Assembly (NCBI RefSeq): GCF_009914755.1
Contig: NC_060933.1
Length of the DNA stretch: 64,000 nucleotides
From: the human T2T-CHM13v2.0 reference genome, Homo sapiens
Reading direction: 5' to 3' (one strand)
The notes under the pieces: generated by a model
What the model saw: only the letters and a program-made list of their open reading frames with translations
Database searches by the model: none
What the model was told of the DNA's origin: nothing
Made by a program: the position numbers and the translations under genes
In this document: piece after piece, positions 16,242-30,600 of the stretch
Layout: each line of letters begins with the position of its first letter
Numbering within the stretch: position 1 is the stretch's first letter

Positions 16242-17814
16242 TTATGATTATTTTTGTAATTAAAAAAATACTTAATAAAGGACACTTTCAAAATAACCAA
16301 AAATATTTTCAAAGGAAGAAAAGAAAAAGAAGCAAGCTAGTGGTTCTTTCTCAAGGGCTGAGGGGTTGTTTCTAATTCTGCCAGAAGAGAATCTGGTCAC
16401 CTGCCTTGATGGACTTTAACACAATGTTAAATAAGTTACGATTAGCTAAAAATGGAAATGGTAAGAAGGGATGTGAGTAGCCAGAGCTTGTTGCGGGCCA
16501 GACCCGTCCTGGTCTGTGTGAGCGTTAGCCAGAAGAGCTAAGCTGCAACAGCTCGTTCTGATGCTGACCTCTTTCTTCAAGGGGCTTATCTTTCAAAGGC
16601 AGGGCCTGGCTGATCAAGGATCTAGACAGGGTTTGTGTTCTTGTCCAGCCCACCAGATTTCAAATTGGACTGTCATTGTAGCTTCCATGAAGGGTCCCAG
16701 GAGTTCTATAAACTCGAGGTTAAACCCTGGCCAGTACACAGAGACCTGGGAACAACCTTCCCAAAACAACCCTTTAACAAATACTTTCTGCTTTAGAGGG
16801 AGGAGGACCGAGAGGAAGGGAAGGACACACACAGCATTAAGTGGCTGTGGGTATTTGATCAAACAGTTATGCAACTGATTAGAGCATTTGACAGAAAATT
16901 AATGAAAGATTTTGTTTTCCTACCACTTGGTATTTCTCTGGCTGCCTGTGCTGGAATTCCAGCTGCATTTGGATCACTGTGATTGTGTAAATCCTGCTGA
17001 TCTTTAAAAAGAGATCCTTAGGATTTAGAGGTGGAACACAGAGGAGCTCCCGTTATCCTGACTTTCCACCACTCAAAATGGAACAGGGAACTAACAGGCC
17101 TCCTGTACGTTCTGCCTTTACATCTCTCAGCATTTTTCTTCCCCCCTAATTTACCATATCACAAGGAAGTTATAGATATTGAATCAAAGTGCATCGCTGT
17201 AATCGAATTTCATCTTGAGACTATTTCTTCCATTAGAGAGTATAGCTCTGTTAAGGGCTCTGATCTACTAAGTAGCCCTAATCCAGAAAATTCACATAGA
17301 TACTGCCTAACCATGGCAAAGGCACAAGAGCATTGACTAAAAAGGTCTGGTGGTAACTTCTGATAAATATTAGGCCAGTTGCAGCTCATCCCTTTGGATT
17401 TGTAGTTTTTTTTAAAAAAAATCTAAGAATCCTGTATAGATATAACAGGAGAACAGAAATGTTTCTGGACCTACCTCTTCCTAATCTTACAGAAAAAGCG
17501 ATGAGTCTTTAGGAAAGTACAGAGTAATTCAGACACAGTAAAACACTAGTTAATTTGGGGGAAATTTGCATTTTTATATGTAAAAATTTGACAAATTCTT
17601 CTGAAATTACTAGACTTGCAAAGATGAAAAGCATCAAGTTACAGGATTTGAGTGACAGGCTGTTCATCCCTTCACTTTCCTTGTACATATTTTATTTCTC
17701 TTTTCATACTTTATAAATATACTTTTAGAAGGTACCTCAAAGATCACGTCTGACACGTAGTAGGCATTCACTATATAATTGTCGTATGAGGATATGCCAT
17801 GACAATGAATTGCT

Positions 17815-18200
17815 ATGCTTAGTCAGGTTAGGCTAAATTATGTTGTCATAACAAATAACTCTAAAATCTCGGCGGCTTAGCACAACAAAATATATATTCT
17901 TTGCTCACTACAGACTCTCATGTGAATTGACAGGGGGTTTCCATATCTAGTGGTTGGGGATTCCCTTTAACTTGTGAGGCCATCATCTCCACACTTGACT
18001 TTCAGAGTGGTTCTAGCAAGAGATAAGAAAGATGAAGGAGACACACTGGCTCCCAAGGGCCTTGCAATGGAAATGGTACATCAATTCCTCTCATATTCCT
18101 GTTTGCCAGATACAGTCATGTGCCCCAGACCCCAAAATAAAGAAGTATGGGAAATGCAGGGAGCCCAGGAATATTCAGTGAGCACTAATGGCCTCTGCTG
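17815..18200 (-). mobile_element. MLT1 (I/J/K-like) MaLR LTR
   Basis: ttagtcaggttaggctaaattatgttgtcataacaaataactctaaaatctcggcggcttagcacaacaaa...gggaaatgcagggagc...gtgagcactaatggcctctgc. Confidence 0.65.
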
Positions 18201-18469
18201 CCCTTGGTTTTTAGGAGACAGAGAGGTGTAAATTAAAAGCCAGCGCTATGTTTTCCACTTTTATTTATCTAGGCTTCATTACAACTAGTCTTGCAAGGGA
18301 CTCTGTGGGGAAAGTGTTTTTCTTTTCATGGTGAAACAAGTTTGGCAAATGCTGTGTATTATATTTACCTCATCCAATTTATGATGTGCAATTATTTATT
18401 AAAGGTTTTAAAAAGTTCAACATCAAAGAAACTGGTTATAAAAGACAAGAAATCAAGCTGTGAATCTAA

Positions 18470-18600
18470 TTTATTTATTTGATAAATATTTTTTGAACAC
18501 CTTCTATTAATATTTGCCAGGTATTGAGCTAGAATTTTGGGGGGAATTAGATGAATAAGGCCTTTTTCTTATCCACCAGGAGACTAATTCCAGGGAAGGC
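18470..18600 (-). mobile_element. L2 3' fragment
   Basis: tttatttgataaatattttttgaacacctt...tgccaggtattgagctag. Confidence 0.5.
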
Positions 18601-18850
18601 GTATAAAGTAATTCCCTAAGTGTACTCTCATTACAACAGGGGACACATATATTACCTATTCACCAATGGGTGTCTGTATCTTTTTGTGCCAAAGCAAGTT
18701 TTGTAACTCACTTGAACACATTTTGGGTGTTATTTTGCAATCTATTCATCCTGTAGTAGGCAGGCAATTTAAAAATACAATGACACCAGTTTACTTTCTA
18801 GTAGTTGGCATTTTCCTTAACAGTATACACTGTAAAACATCTATGTTTTA

Positions 18851-19192
<342 letters not shown>

Positions 19193-19799
19193 TCACATAA
19201 CAACACATACTAGAGTGACACAAATTTTAAAAATTAGAACAGTGATGCATTCTTTTAATAAAAAATATTAAACAACCCCAAAGAAAATATACATTAATTC
19301 TTAGATTTTTGCCTACAACCATTAGTCTAATTTTCCTAGTATATCTTTCTGGAAGAAACTACTGTTACTAGTTTTTTCCAGAGATAGTTTGTGTATATAC
19401 TATATTACACATACATATATAAAATACCTCTTTTATTACATATACAAATTTGTAGTATTCTTTCATTTTTATCATGTATAATATGTATCTCTTTTTAAAA
19501 CATAAATATTAAACTATCGTAAGTTCTATTCGACACTGTCTAAAAAAATTTAAAATATATCTAGAATTGCATTCTGTGTGCATGCGTGTGTGTGACTGTA
19601 CATACGCTCACTCATATGCCCTGGGTGTACCACAATTTATGTAACTAGCTCCCTACTGATAGTCATTTAAGTCAAAATGGTTTCTAGAGAAGTTTATTTT
19701 TAAAAAACTTCATGTGTTTGAATCTTTTAAAAAGCAGCCAAAGTAAGCTAATGCATCCCTAAAAATGTGGTTCTTGTGAGACATTTTTAATACTCCAGT

Positions 19800-20433
<634 letters not shown>

Positions 20434-20969
20434 GAAAAGTAAGAATATAACCTAAGAGTTTGCTTCACATCTGTGTGTATAAATATGTATGGATGTGCAA
20501 CTTAAAAATATGTGGCTATTTTATCTTTTTAAAGGTTAATTGATTTAGATGTTAGGCTCACTAAAAGATAGTGTTCAAGATTCATCCGTTTCTGAATTCA
20601 TAGAAATATACCCGGACATAGCATGGGCATATATTGATACATGGAAATAACTATTGGTGATAGTTCCACAGCCTTGGTGGGATTTTTACAAAGATGTTAA
20701 TTTCGTTAATTGTATCCAAAATTACTAATACTTTCCGAGTTGTTATGAAAACATGTAGCATTGGGAACACAGACATTTAGGAAAAAGGGTGAATATGTTT
20801 CGCTGTGGATATTCAGTGCAGGTAGAAAAAGGGAGCAGAAAGAATGTTACTTGTATCTCCTTTAAGACAAAGCCAGCTGCCTGGAAATACTGAAGGAGGA
20901 CTCTGGCCAGAGATCTTCCACCTGCCAGGGCAACCAGCAATGACTCCCATCTTCAAAGTGATTTATGAA

Positions 20970-21110
20970 CTTTAATGGAGATTCGCAAGAGCCCCAGAAG
21001 GCAGAGAGGTTATAATTACTCCATTTACAAATGGGAGATGGAGACACAAATAGGTTAAGTGCTTTGCCGCAGGCGCCCCGCTGTTGCTTCTGGAGTTCCA
21101 CAGCAGAGGG
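20970..21110 (-). mobile_element. MIR core fragment
   Basis: attactccatttacaaatgggagatggagacacaaataggttaagtgctttgcc. Confidence 0.5.
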
Positions 21111-21852
21111 GCCTGCTTCCCCAGCTCGCTCACACCCCAGCCCTGGGTGGCCTTCCTCTCCTTCCCAGGGTCTCTACCACTGCCCTGCAGAGAACAGCTC
21201 TGTACCAGAAAGCCCAGGGCCAGGTCTCCACTAGGAGAGAAAGGTAGAGAATTAGGGTCAGAGGGGAGGTAATTCAGACTCCACTGCAGGCATTCTCATT
21301 AGGAGTCTAAGCGCCAAGGCTGAGTCTGTCTTTCCATATGGATATGCACCCCGTGGACATTCAAGAACCTGCTGGTAATCATACCAATTACCCAGATTAT
21401 AAAGGCGATGAGTATCCTTTCCCCTTAGCTATTTAGATAATCATCAGATTTGACTTTTCCAAAGACTTGGCTGAATCCAGATTTCAAACTAAAACAAAGG
21501 TTTTTCTCTCATCACCCACCTGGTGGTTAATTTCTTCCAGGATGTCACTTTAAAATGCAAAGCAGAGAGCTGAGAATATTGCATGACTACCAGAAAGGAA
21601 TATATAGACTGGCATCTGGCAATTGGGATTACGCTGAGCCAAGAAATGGATAATGGAACCTACCTCAATCTTTGTCCAAATCCTAGAACATTCAGATATA
21701 ATAGTTGTTAATATTGCTGGAATTTCTGAAGGTGAAAAACTATGTAAAAGAAAGTGCAAAGAGAAACTCATTAATAAATATAATTTATTCATTTGCTAGC
21801 AGCTGGGGAGAGGGTAAGTGTTGGGAAGGATAGCAATCAGAGAGAAAGTAGA

Positions 21853-22934
21853 TTTTTTATTTTTTTATTTTTTATTTTTAGAAAACAGTGCTTTATTATA
21901 GCTCTAGAATTAATAAATAACCTGAAACCAACTGCCTATAATCTACAGCAGTGGGGACCACAAATGGGCAAACTAATGGAAGGACCATGATGACGGGACT
22001 TGGACACACACATCACTTAGGGAGACAAATCTAGAAGTCTCCCTTTCAAACTGCCTTCCAACAGACACCCAGCATAGTTATTCCTGTTTCAGAGATAGCA
22101 CCCAAAGACAAAGGCCAGAGCTTATCGTATAAATGCCTTGTTTGCCACTGTCACATTGTATTTTCCTTATAACAACAAATAATAGTTAACAAAAAATAAG
22201 AACTACCACAGAAAATAACAAAAGAATACAATGATTGGTATTTTTTCCCACCTACATTTTGGGAGTTTTAGAATTTAGATAAATTTCACTGGGCTCTCTG
22301 CTTCTTTCTCTTTCCCTGAATTCCTAACCCACTGAATAACCTTCAGTGTTTATTTAAATTTTCATTTTCTCTTGAAGTGTTCTGGTTACGTCTGCAGATG
22401 TTGAAATTGCTTTACAAAAACGTACACATCTCTAGTATTAAAAGATGCTTTTTAAACCTCACAATTTAAAAAATTAATTCCTCTTATATTTGTACATAGA
22501 TTACTCAGAAAGTTCCTTTAGAAATAAATTCCAGTGACACTGATTTTTTGTTTTTTTTTTTGCATTTTTATTTCAATGAAAAATCTCACTGCTTTTTTTC
22601 TTGCATTTGATTGCCCAGCATTTGGTTCCTTTTCCTCTCTGATTGGCTGCTGGTTGTGGTGCAGGCTCCTGCTTCATCATTTTGCATTCTCTCCTTGGTC
22701 TTAGGTGTTCTTTCAGCCAGGACCAGGGCCTTCCTGCTCCAGCGAAGCTCATCCACCTGTGGGTCAAGCAACTCCATCTGTCCTCAGGACGCTTTTTGAA
22801 CACTGGCTCACTTCAGAGCCATAAATGCCTAGGTATGTGAGTTAATCCAGTCTCCTTGGCTGATACAATCCATGACAGGATCACAAGCTGCAGGGTAATA
22901 AACATCATTTGGGTGCTAATAAATTTCAAGCTTT
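21853..22934 (-). pseudogene. Candidate processed retrocopy of an unidentified transcript
   Basis: Degenerate poly(T) at 21853-21879; TTTATT (AATAAA on minus) at 21892-21897; AT-rich UTR-like segment then a more GC-rich segment with a stop-interrupted frame; possible TSD gaaagtagattttt (21844-21857) / gaaagtaggtgttt (22935-22948). Confidence 0.5.
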
Positions 22935-23211
22935 GAAAGTAGGTGTTTATGTCTAGCAAGAGATAATGTTGGCAGAAGGGAACTTTCCTGGGGTGTCTGT
23001 ACATTGTTTTGTAGGAAAGACACCAGTGGCCTGGCAAGATAAATGATCTGAGGTTTCAGGTAGAAGGGACAGGGAGTTATTTAGTAGCAAGAGCCTTGGG
23101 CCTACCCAACTGACTTTCCCATGCCAGTCGCAGCTCTGCCCCTGGTATTTCATTCCTCTTTGAGCTCCATAGTTTGTAGCTGGCTCTATCTGTAAAGGGA
23201 GACCAACCTAA

Positions 23212-23551
<340 letters not shown>

Positions 23552-25290
23552 TTTTTATTACATTCTTTGCCAATATTTAGTTTCCCCCTTGCATATCCCT
23601 CTCCTTGTGTGATAAAATTTTGTAAGTTTGATTTTTCTATGCAAGATTTTGGATTGGATTAGAGAATAAAATATGTAGAATTTTGTTCTTTGGATGTCTT
23701 TAAAAAGAGGGTAAATTCCTGTTTTGGTTGGTCTCTATGGTGTGGTCCGACATGTTCAATTAACTGCTCAGAAAGGACTAATAATTTCTGAATCATCTTT
23801 AGCTTATTCAAGACTCTTCCATGATAATGGAGATGCAAAAGAGAGACATAGCACAGACTTGCAACCTAGCTGGGAAGGAAAGAACGGGAAGTATCAAAAA
23901 TGAAAAAGGAAGCCCAGGGTTGCTTGGTGTGCAGCCTGCCCTGATGGTATGGGTGTGTTCTTTCCAGGCAGAGGGCACATGAGGGCATACAGCCTGGTTT
24001 CACCAATTAGATGCAAGGAGCTCCATTTTTATGCTATTTCAGTCCACTACTTTACAAGGTCAAGAACATACTACCAGAAGCCAGTTTAGTGATTTCACCT
24101 TTCTTTTCATCCTTCCTACCTTGTTTGTGTCCTAGAGATGGCAGTAAGGATTGGTTAGTATTGGAGGGTGGCTGCTTTGAGATGCTTCTAGTTTCCTTTC
24201 TCCATCAGTGACCCCCTCATTCTCATGCACCCACCTTTGCATTGAAGGTCTCTGTCAGGCAGCCATGGACATGTGTTCCCTGCCCTCCAGTTTGGAAGGG
24301 CTGCTACATTAATAGGTGAATGTAAAATCAGTTTCTTGGAGTGTAAGGCATCTGACTGTTATACAATGAGTTTTGTGGCCAGAGGGTGAAAAGAGAGTAT
24401 ATAGGCAGTATAAGTCAGTCCTCCGTGAAATGCTTTGGGTGGCCCTGGTGGAACTACTTCTTTATTTTCAAGGGAGGTGAAGTGGTCCAGCATGAAGTTT
24501 CTACCAGTGAGAAGTATGTGGGTAAATGACAGCTCCCACCTTTAACTTTTGCCCAGTTGCTAAATCTCCCCTCTCTTTATGCAACATATACCTGACACCC
24601 TGATGGATGCTTCTCCCTGCAGGTACCGTTGAGTAATGAGTCCGCAGCTGATTAAATCACGGGTTTCCCATATCTTTCTTATTAGTTCTGCAGCACAGTT
24701 CCTTGAGCTGACAGCTGTACAATAGCACCTTTTCAACTGTTTCTGGTTTCATGCCAGAAAACTTATCTTTTAATGATTTTGCACCCACCTCCCAACTCCC
24801 AGAGCGAGTAGAGAAAGGGAGTATATTTTGAAAGAAATTCCAAGCTTCTTTTGTGTATTTTTTCACTTGGCAGTCCAGTTTGTCACTGATTAAAAGCATC
24901 ATGGAAAACAGTTTCAGAACGGCTACATGAAGTCCAAGTTCATCATGTTTTAACACTGCTATAAAATACTTTTTTGAATGTTTACTATGTGTCAGGTACT
25001 ATGCTCGGTGCTGGCGATAGTGGGTTAGCAAAAACTGTTTTGTCTTAGGCATTCTTTATGATTGTAGCCATCTAAATTGCACACTATGACTATGAAGTAG
25101 GTACATTCATGTCTGTTCTGCTCTTTGAAAAAGATCCCATACTAAAAGGTACAGAACAAAATCTTTTTTTTCCTCTATTTTCCATAACCCAGGAGATACT
25201 GCTCTATAAAACTCATTTTTGTATCAATTTCTTGAGAACCTTGTTACTCTCAGGAATCACCAACCTCAATTAACTGGGCTCTTCCTAAAT

Positions 25291-25490
25291 AAATTAGTTT
25301 GCTTTGATTTTATGGGCACAGTGGAGTCTGGAACAGTTGTGTTTCCCTATTTTCAGAGATATTTAAAGCTATGGAGACACCAAGGTGGTAAAACATACAT
25401 TTTTTTTCTCCTAACACTATTTCTGATCTGATTTATTTTCCTCCTCGGTTACCTTTTGTGTGATTTTCTCACTTATTTAATTTTTTCCAT
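25291..25490. repeat. ~200-bp imperfect direct repeat, copy A
   Basis: aaattagtttgctttgattttatg...aaagctatggagacaccaag...taacactatttctga aligns to 26929-27122. Confidence 0.85.
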
Positions 25491-26935
25491 ATTCAGTACA
25501 ATTTGATTACCTATAGTCCCCATGTTGTACATTTGATCTCTGTACTTGTTCATCCTATACCTCTGCTACTTTGTATTTTCTGATCTACATCTTCCCATTT
25601 TCTATTCTGTCCTGTCCCCTCTCCAGCTCCCCTCTCTGCTGAGAGCCATTTCCATTGCTAAATAAAATTCTCTGCCTTCACCATCCGTCAAGTGTCCGCA
25701 CAACCTCATTCTTCTTGGATGCTGGACAAGAGCTTGGGACCCAGGCGACGAGGCAAGGGGCCAATTGAGCTGATAACACACTACTGTTCATGGACAGTGG
25801 AGCCAAGAGAGCATTGTAACACAGCCTTTGGGGCTTCGGGGTCGCAGGCATCCCCAACAGGGTGCCACCTCAGGCCGAGTAAACAGAGCTTGCTCCTCCT
25901 GGGGCCCTGAGCGGCCAAAAAGGTCCTGTAGTTGCTCACCTGTACCTAGTCTGCCCATGTGCGGCGCCTGGAGCAGCCGGCCGGGTCCCGCACTCGCTGG
26001 CTCATGCCTGGTCTGGCTGTGCATGAAGCCTTCTCCTGTGTCGACTCCCAGAGCGGCCGGCTGGGTCCTGCACTCGCTCGTTCACATGCTCCCTCACGCA
26101 AGGGGCTGAGCGTGGTGGGCTGAGTAAACGTTTGCCCCTGTCACGAGTCCAAAGAAGGGGCTGAGAAAAAGCCTGCATCATTTCCTCTTTTTAATTAATT
26201 AGTAACCTTTATACTGTTTTCCATAATGGCTGTAGCGCTGTACATTCTCACCAACAGCGTATCAAAGTTCTCTTTTTCTCTTGCCTTCACAAGCGTTTGT
26301 TATCTTTTGACTCTGATCATAGCCATCCTAATGGGCATGGGGTAGTATCTCACAGTGGCTTTGGTTTGTAATTCCCTGGTGATTAATGATGTTGAGCACC
26401 TTTTCATGTACCTTTTGGTCATTTTTATGTCTTCTTGGGAGACATAACTGTTCAGATTTTTGCCCATTTTTTAATTTGTTTTTGTTTTTCTACTATTGAG
26501 TTTTATAAGTACTTTATACATTTTGTATATTAACCCCTTATCAGATATATGATTTTCAAATACGTTTTCCCTATCTTTAGGCTGCCTTTCTATTTTGTGT
26601 ATTGTTTCTTCTGCTGCGAAGAAGCTTTTTAGTTTGATGGAGTCCCATTTATTTATTTTTGTTTTTGTGGCCTGAGCTTTTGATGTGATACCCAACAAAT
26701 CATTGCCAAGGTCAATGTCCAGGCACTTTTCCCTAATGTTCTCTTCTGGGGGTTTTATAGTTTCTGGTCTTATATTTTGGTCTTTTATCCATTTTGAGTT
26801 TATTTTTGTATATGTTATCAGATAATAGTCCAATTTCATTCTTTTGTATATAAAAATCCAGTTTTCCCAGCACTATTTATTGAAAAGACTGTCGTTTCCC
26901 CATTGTGTCCTCCTGGTGCTCTTGTAAAAAATTGG
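25491..26935 (-). mobile_element. L1MA (MA8/9-like) 3' fragment, interrupted by a MER52 LTR
   Basis: ORF2 C-terminal peptide YTKINSKWIKDQNIRPETIK...KAQATKTKINKWDSIKLKSF (26471-26839); L1MA 3' UTR at 25491-25610. Confidence 0.85.
25612..26180 (+). mobile_element. MER52-family ERV1 LTR, 3' portion
   Basis: ccagctcccctctctgctgagagccatttcc...aataaaattctc...gcactcgctcg repeats; ends gaaaaagcctgcatCA. Confidence 0.75.
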
Positions 26936-27122
26936 TTTGCTTTGATTTTATGAGGACTGTGAAGCTTGGAACTATTGTGTTTCCCTGTTTGCAGAGATGT
27001 TGAGACATACAAAGCTATGGAGACACCAAGATGTTATAACATAACATTTTTTCCTGTAGTAACACTATTTCTGACTTTATTTATTTTACTTTACATATTT
27101 CCCTACTGTTTAATTTTTTCAT
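26929..27122. repeat. ~200-bp imperfect direct repeat, copy B
   Basis: aaattggtttgctttgattttatg...aaagctatggagacaccaag...taacactatttctga. Confidence 0.85.
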
Positions 27123-27358
27123 TTATTTTAATCTTATAGAAGTATCTATACACATTTTAATAAATTCTTTTAATAAATACAAAAATAAAAAAATAAAAAA
27201 ATTCTTTAAATAAATTTAATACATTCTCAAATTCTTTTAGGAACAGGGTGGAAATATTCATAAGTAAATTAATAAAATATGAAAAAAAAACCTGAGAAAA
27301 TAAGCCAGATATGTTTATGCTAGAAACTTTCTGGAGGTTTTAAGAATTTATCTAGACA

Positions 27359-27535
27359 GAGAGGTGGCAGGAGGGAGAGCGCTGGAAAAATAGCTAATGC
27401 ATGCTGAGCTTAATATCTAGGTGATAGGTTGATAGGTGCAGCAAATCACCATGGCACGTGTTTACCTATGTAACAAACCTGCACATCCTGCACATGTACC
27501 CTGGAACTTAAAATAAAACAAAATAAAATAATAAT
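27359..27535 (+). mobile_element. L1PA (PA10-13-like) extreme 3' end with A-rich tail
   Basis: ggaaaaatagctaatgcatgctg...gtttacctatgtaacaaacctgcacatcctgcacatgtaccctggaacttaaaataaaa. Confidence 0.9.
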
Positions 27536-27900
27536 TGAAAAACATTTGACATATCTGATAGGCTTCCCCAAATCAAATTTCAGCTTCAAAATTATCTTTG
27601 CTGGCCTGTAACTTTGGGGGGCTACAGAAGGCCCCTGAAGCATCCAAAAGAGGTAAACAGGGCTATTTGACTTGTTAAGTTACTTGGGAAGGATTGTCAA
27701 AATAAAAGATAATATTTAACCTTCTTCAGGTTATATTTTAGTGTATGTCATCAGTATGTTCCAAAAATATATGGGATTTCTAAAATTCTACTATGTCTGA
27801 GTATATGCTCATAATCAATCATAATTATGGTTATTATGTTAAGTTATTGTGGACCACAGAAATAACCAAATTCCCTTGTCAATTGTGTCTTTAACTATAA

Positions 27901-28212
<312 letters not shown>

Positions 28213-28838
28213 TAAAGTCATTTCCACAGTTAATTGCTTAATGCTGATGCAGTTTCTGAAAACTTCACAAGCACGCAGAAATCCTAGAATATGGTGTCTT
28301 CTAGGAGGTTCATGAAAGGATGGAAAGGACCCTGAAAAGCTCTCTTGAATACAGGTTTCTAATTATTTTAACATCATATCATGGGTAATAATTCCCCCAT
28401 GAATTCCCCAGTTCCACAAGAATTGGACTGGGTAACAATTCCCAAAACTTTAATGAAAACACTGACTGGTTTATAAAACTGCTAACCCAAATAGAACAAA
28501 AAATTCCTTGAATACCAAGGAAATATTTTGCCAGATTTTTATGCTAAGTCACCCAAAACTAAAATTATTTAGATATACAACTTGAATGAACTCCATGGTC
28601 TAAATCAAATTACCTATGCTAACCCCTTAGTTATCAGAGCTATGCACCTAATTTGGAGAAACAACTGGTATTCAAGAGGATATAGGTCTAATGTTAATTA
28701 AGCATGAACTCATGGAGAACCAGAACAGCTGCCTTGTCCTTCCTGAGTCCATAAAGCTTTTGTTATTAAAATTTCCATGACTCATCATGGAAAAGATAAA
28801 ATGATCCAAATTAAATATATTGGTGTGGTGACTTATAA

Positions 28839-29266
<428 letters not shown>

Positions 29267-29923
29267 TAATTGTCATTTTCAATGCATGTTTTCTGGTTGT
29301 ATAAAAGCTCTCCCATGCAAGAGGGCTGTTGTTGTAACAGTAGATTATTATGGTACAGTGTATTTTCCCCAGGTAAAGAAAGCTTTTTAAGGTTCACTGA
29401 GGACAGTCAACCTCTTCACAATCTAGAACTCGAAGACTGGATCTTCTGAGAACATCAGAGAAAGACTGCCCTTGCCATCCACACTGCAACAAAACTTGGG
29501 AAACTTGAACTTTGGGTTCATAATGTCACAACTGAGAAGGATCCCTCACAATCTTAGAACTCTTAAGGAAAAGCTAATCAGGAAAGTTTTTCCCCAGAAG
29601 AAGATGGCATCCTTGATGTGAACAGCTTTTCCCAAGATCATGGATCAAGACATCTCTACTATTATGAGACTCTTATCTTCGAATATTTTTTCCTTGTTTA
29701 TGCCTCTATGAATAATAGAAATGAAAAGAGGGTCTGTTGTGTGAACTTATGGGCTATATGTTTTTGTGAAAGATTTTGCAGCCAGCCTTATACAGGGATA
29801 AACTCATACTTTGATAGATAAAAGATGAAGGCCTAATGAAGGTGAGAAACTTTAATGGTACATATGTTGCCTCATAATCAGTCAGAAACAGAACATCAAT
29901 TCACTCCTCTTAACTCACATCAT

Positions 29924-30600
29924 GAGTTAAAGAGAACATTGCCAGGAGGCATTCAATCTTTTTTTTTTTTTTTGAGATGGAGTCTCACTCTGTTGCCCAG
30001 GCTGGAGTGCAGTGGCTCGATCTTGGCTCACTGCAGCCTCCGCCTCCTGGGTTCAAGTGATTCTCTGCCTCAGCCTCCCAAGTAGCTGGGATTAGAGGCA
30101 CCCGCCACCATGCCTGGCTAATTTTTGTATTTTTAGTAGAGACAGGGTATTCAATCTTTTAGAAGGCCAGCATTTGTTAGGTCTTTTTTCCACGGTTTGG
30201 AATAAAAGAGGCAATGATTAGAAATATATCCCTCGTGATAGGCTCTATAGCAGATTCTACTGTAAAGGCTATGGTTACACAACGGACTTTACATTCTCTT
30301 ATGAAAGTTATGCTAAATAATAGAATTGGCTAAACAGAAAAGGTTCTGTGCAGCTGCTGGCACTTATGTCCTATGGAGAAATACATCAGGTATTATAGGG
30401 ATTCAGTTGTAGGGGATTAATGAAAAGACTGCTTAGTTAAGCAAGTAGTCTGTTTATCTAACTTATTCTTTGATCTATTTGATTTTAGGTGGTTTGGTTT
30501 GTGGGGACCCTGGGTAAGAATCATACTTCAAACTCTTGGTATTATCCTCCCGATAGTCATAATAGAAGTCTCCCTGGTGCGCTGTGTTCTCTTAAATATT
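29924..30600 (+). pseudogene. Degenerate retroviral env TM-subunit coding remnant
   Basis: Manual translation gives ELKR|TLPGG (furin-like site), EAMIRNISLVIGSIADSTVKAMVTQRTLHSLMKVMLNNRIG* (heptad repeat + ISD start), CAAAGTYVLWRNTSG, and DLFDFRWFGLWGPWVRIILQTLGIILPIVIIEVSLVRCVL (membrane anchor); broken by stops, frameshifts and an Alu. Confidence 0.8.
29959..30148 (-). mobile_element. 5'-truncated AluS (right arm + linker)
   Basis: TSD ATTCAATCTTTT at 29951-29962 and 30149-30160 shows it was truncated at insertion. Confidence 0.92.

Noticed and set aside
22586-22934. Assigning the retrocopy to ZMAT2, PPP1R2 or TEX13 families on short peptide resemblances
   Set aside because: The similarities were patchy, mutually incompatible and not supported at nucleotide level from memory; left unassigned.
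24605-24956. Splice-acceptor-like ttctccctgcag|G at ~24611-24623 and a 99-aa minus-strand ORF
   Set aside because: An isolated motif with no supportable exon partner; the peptide is unrecognisable.
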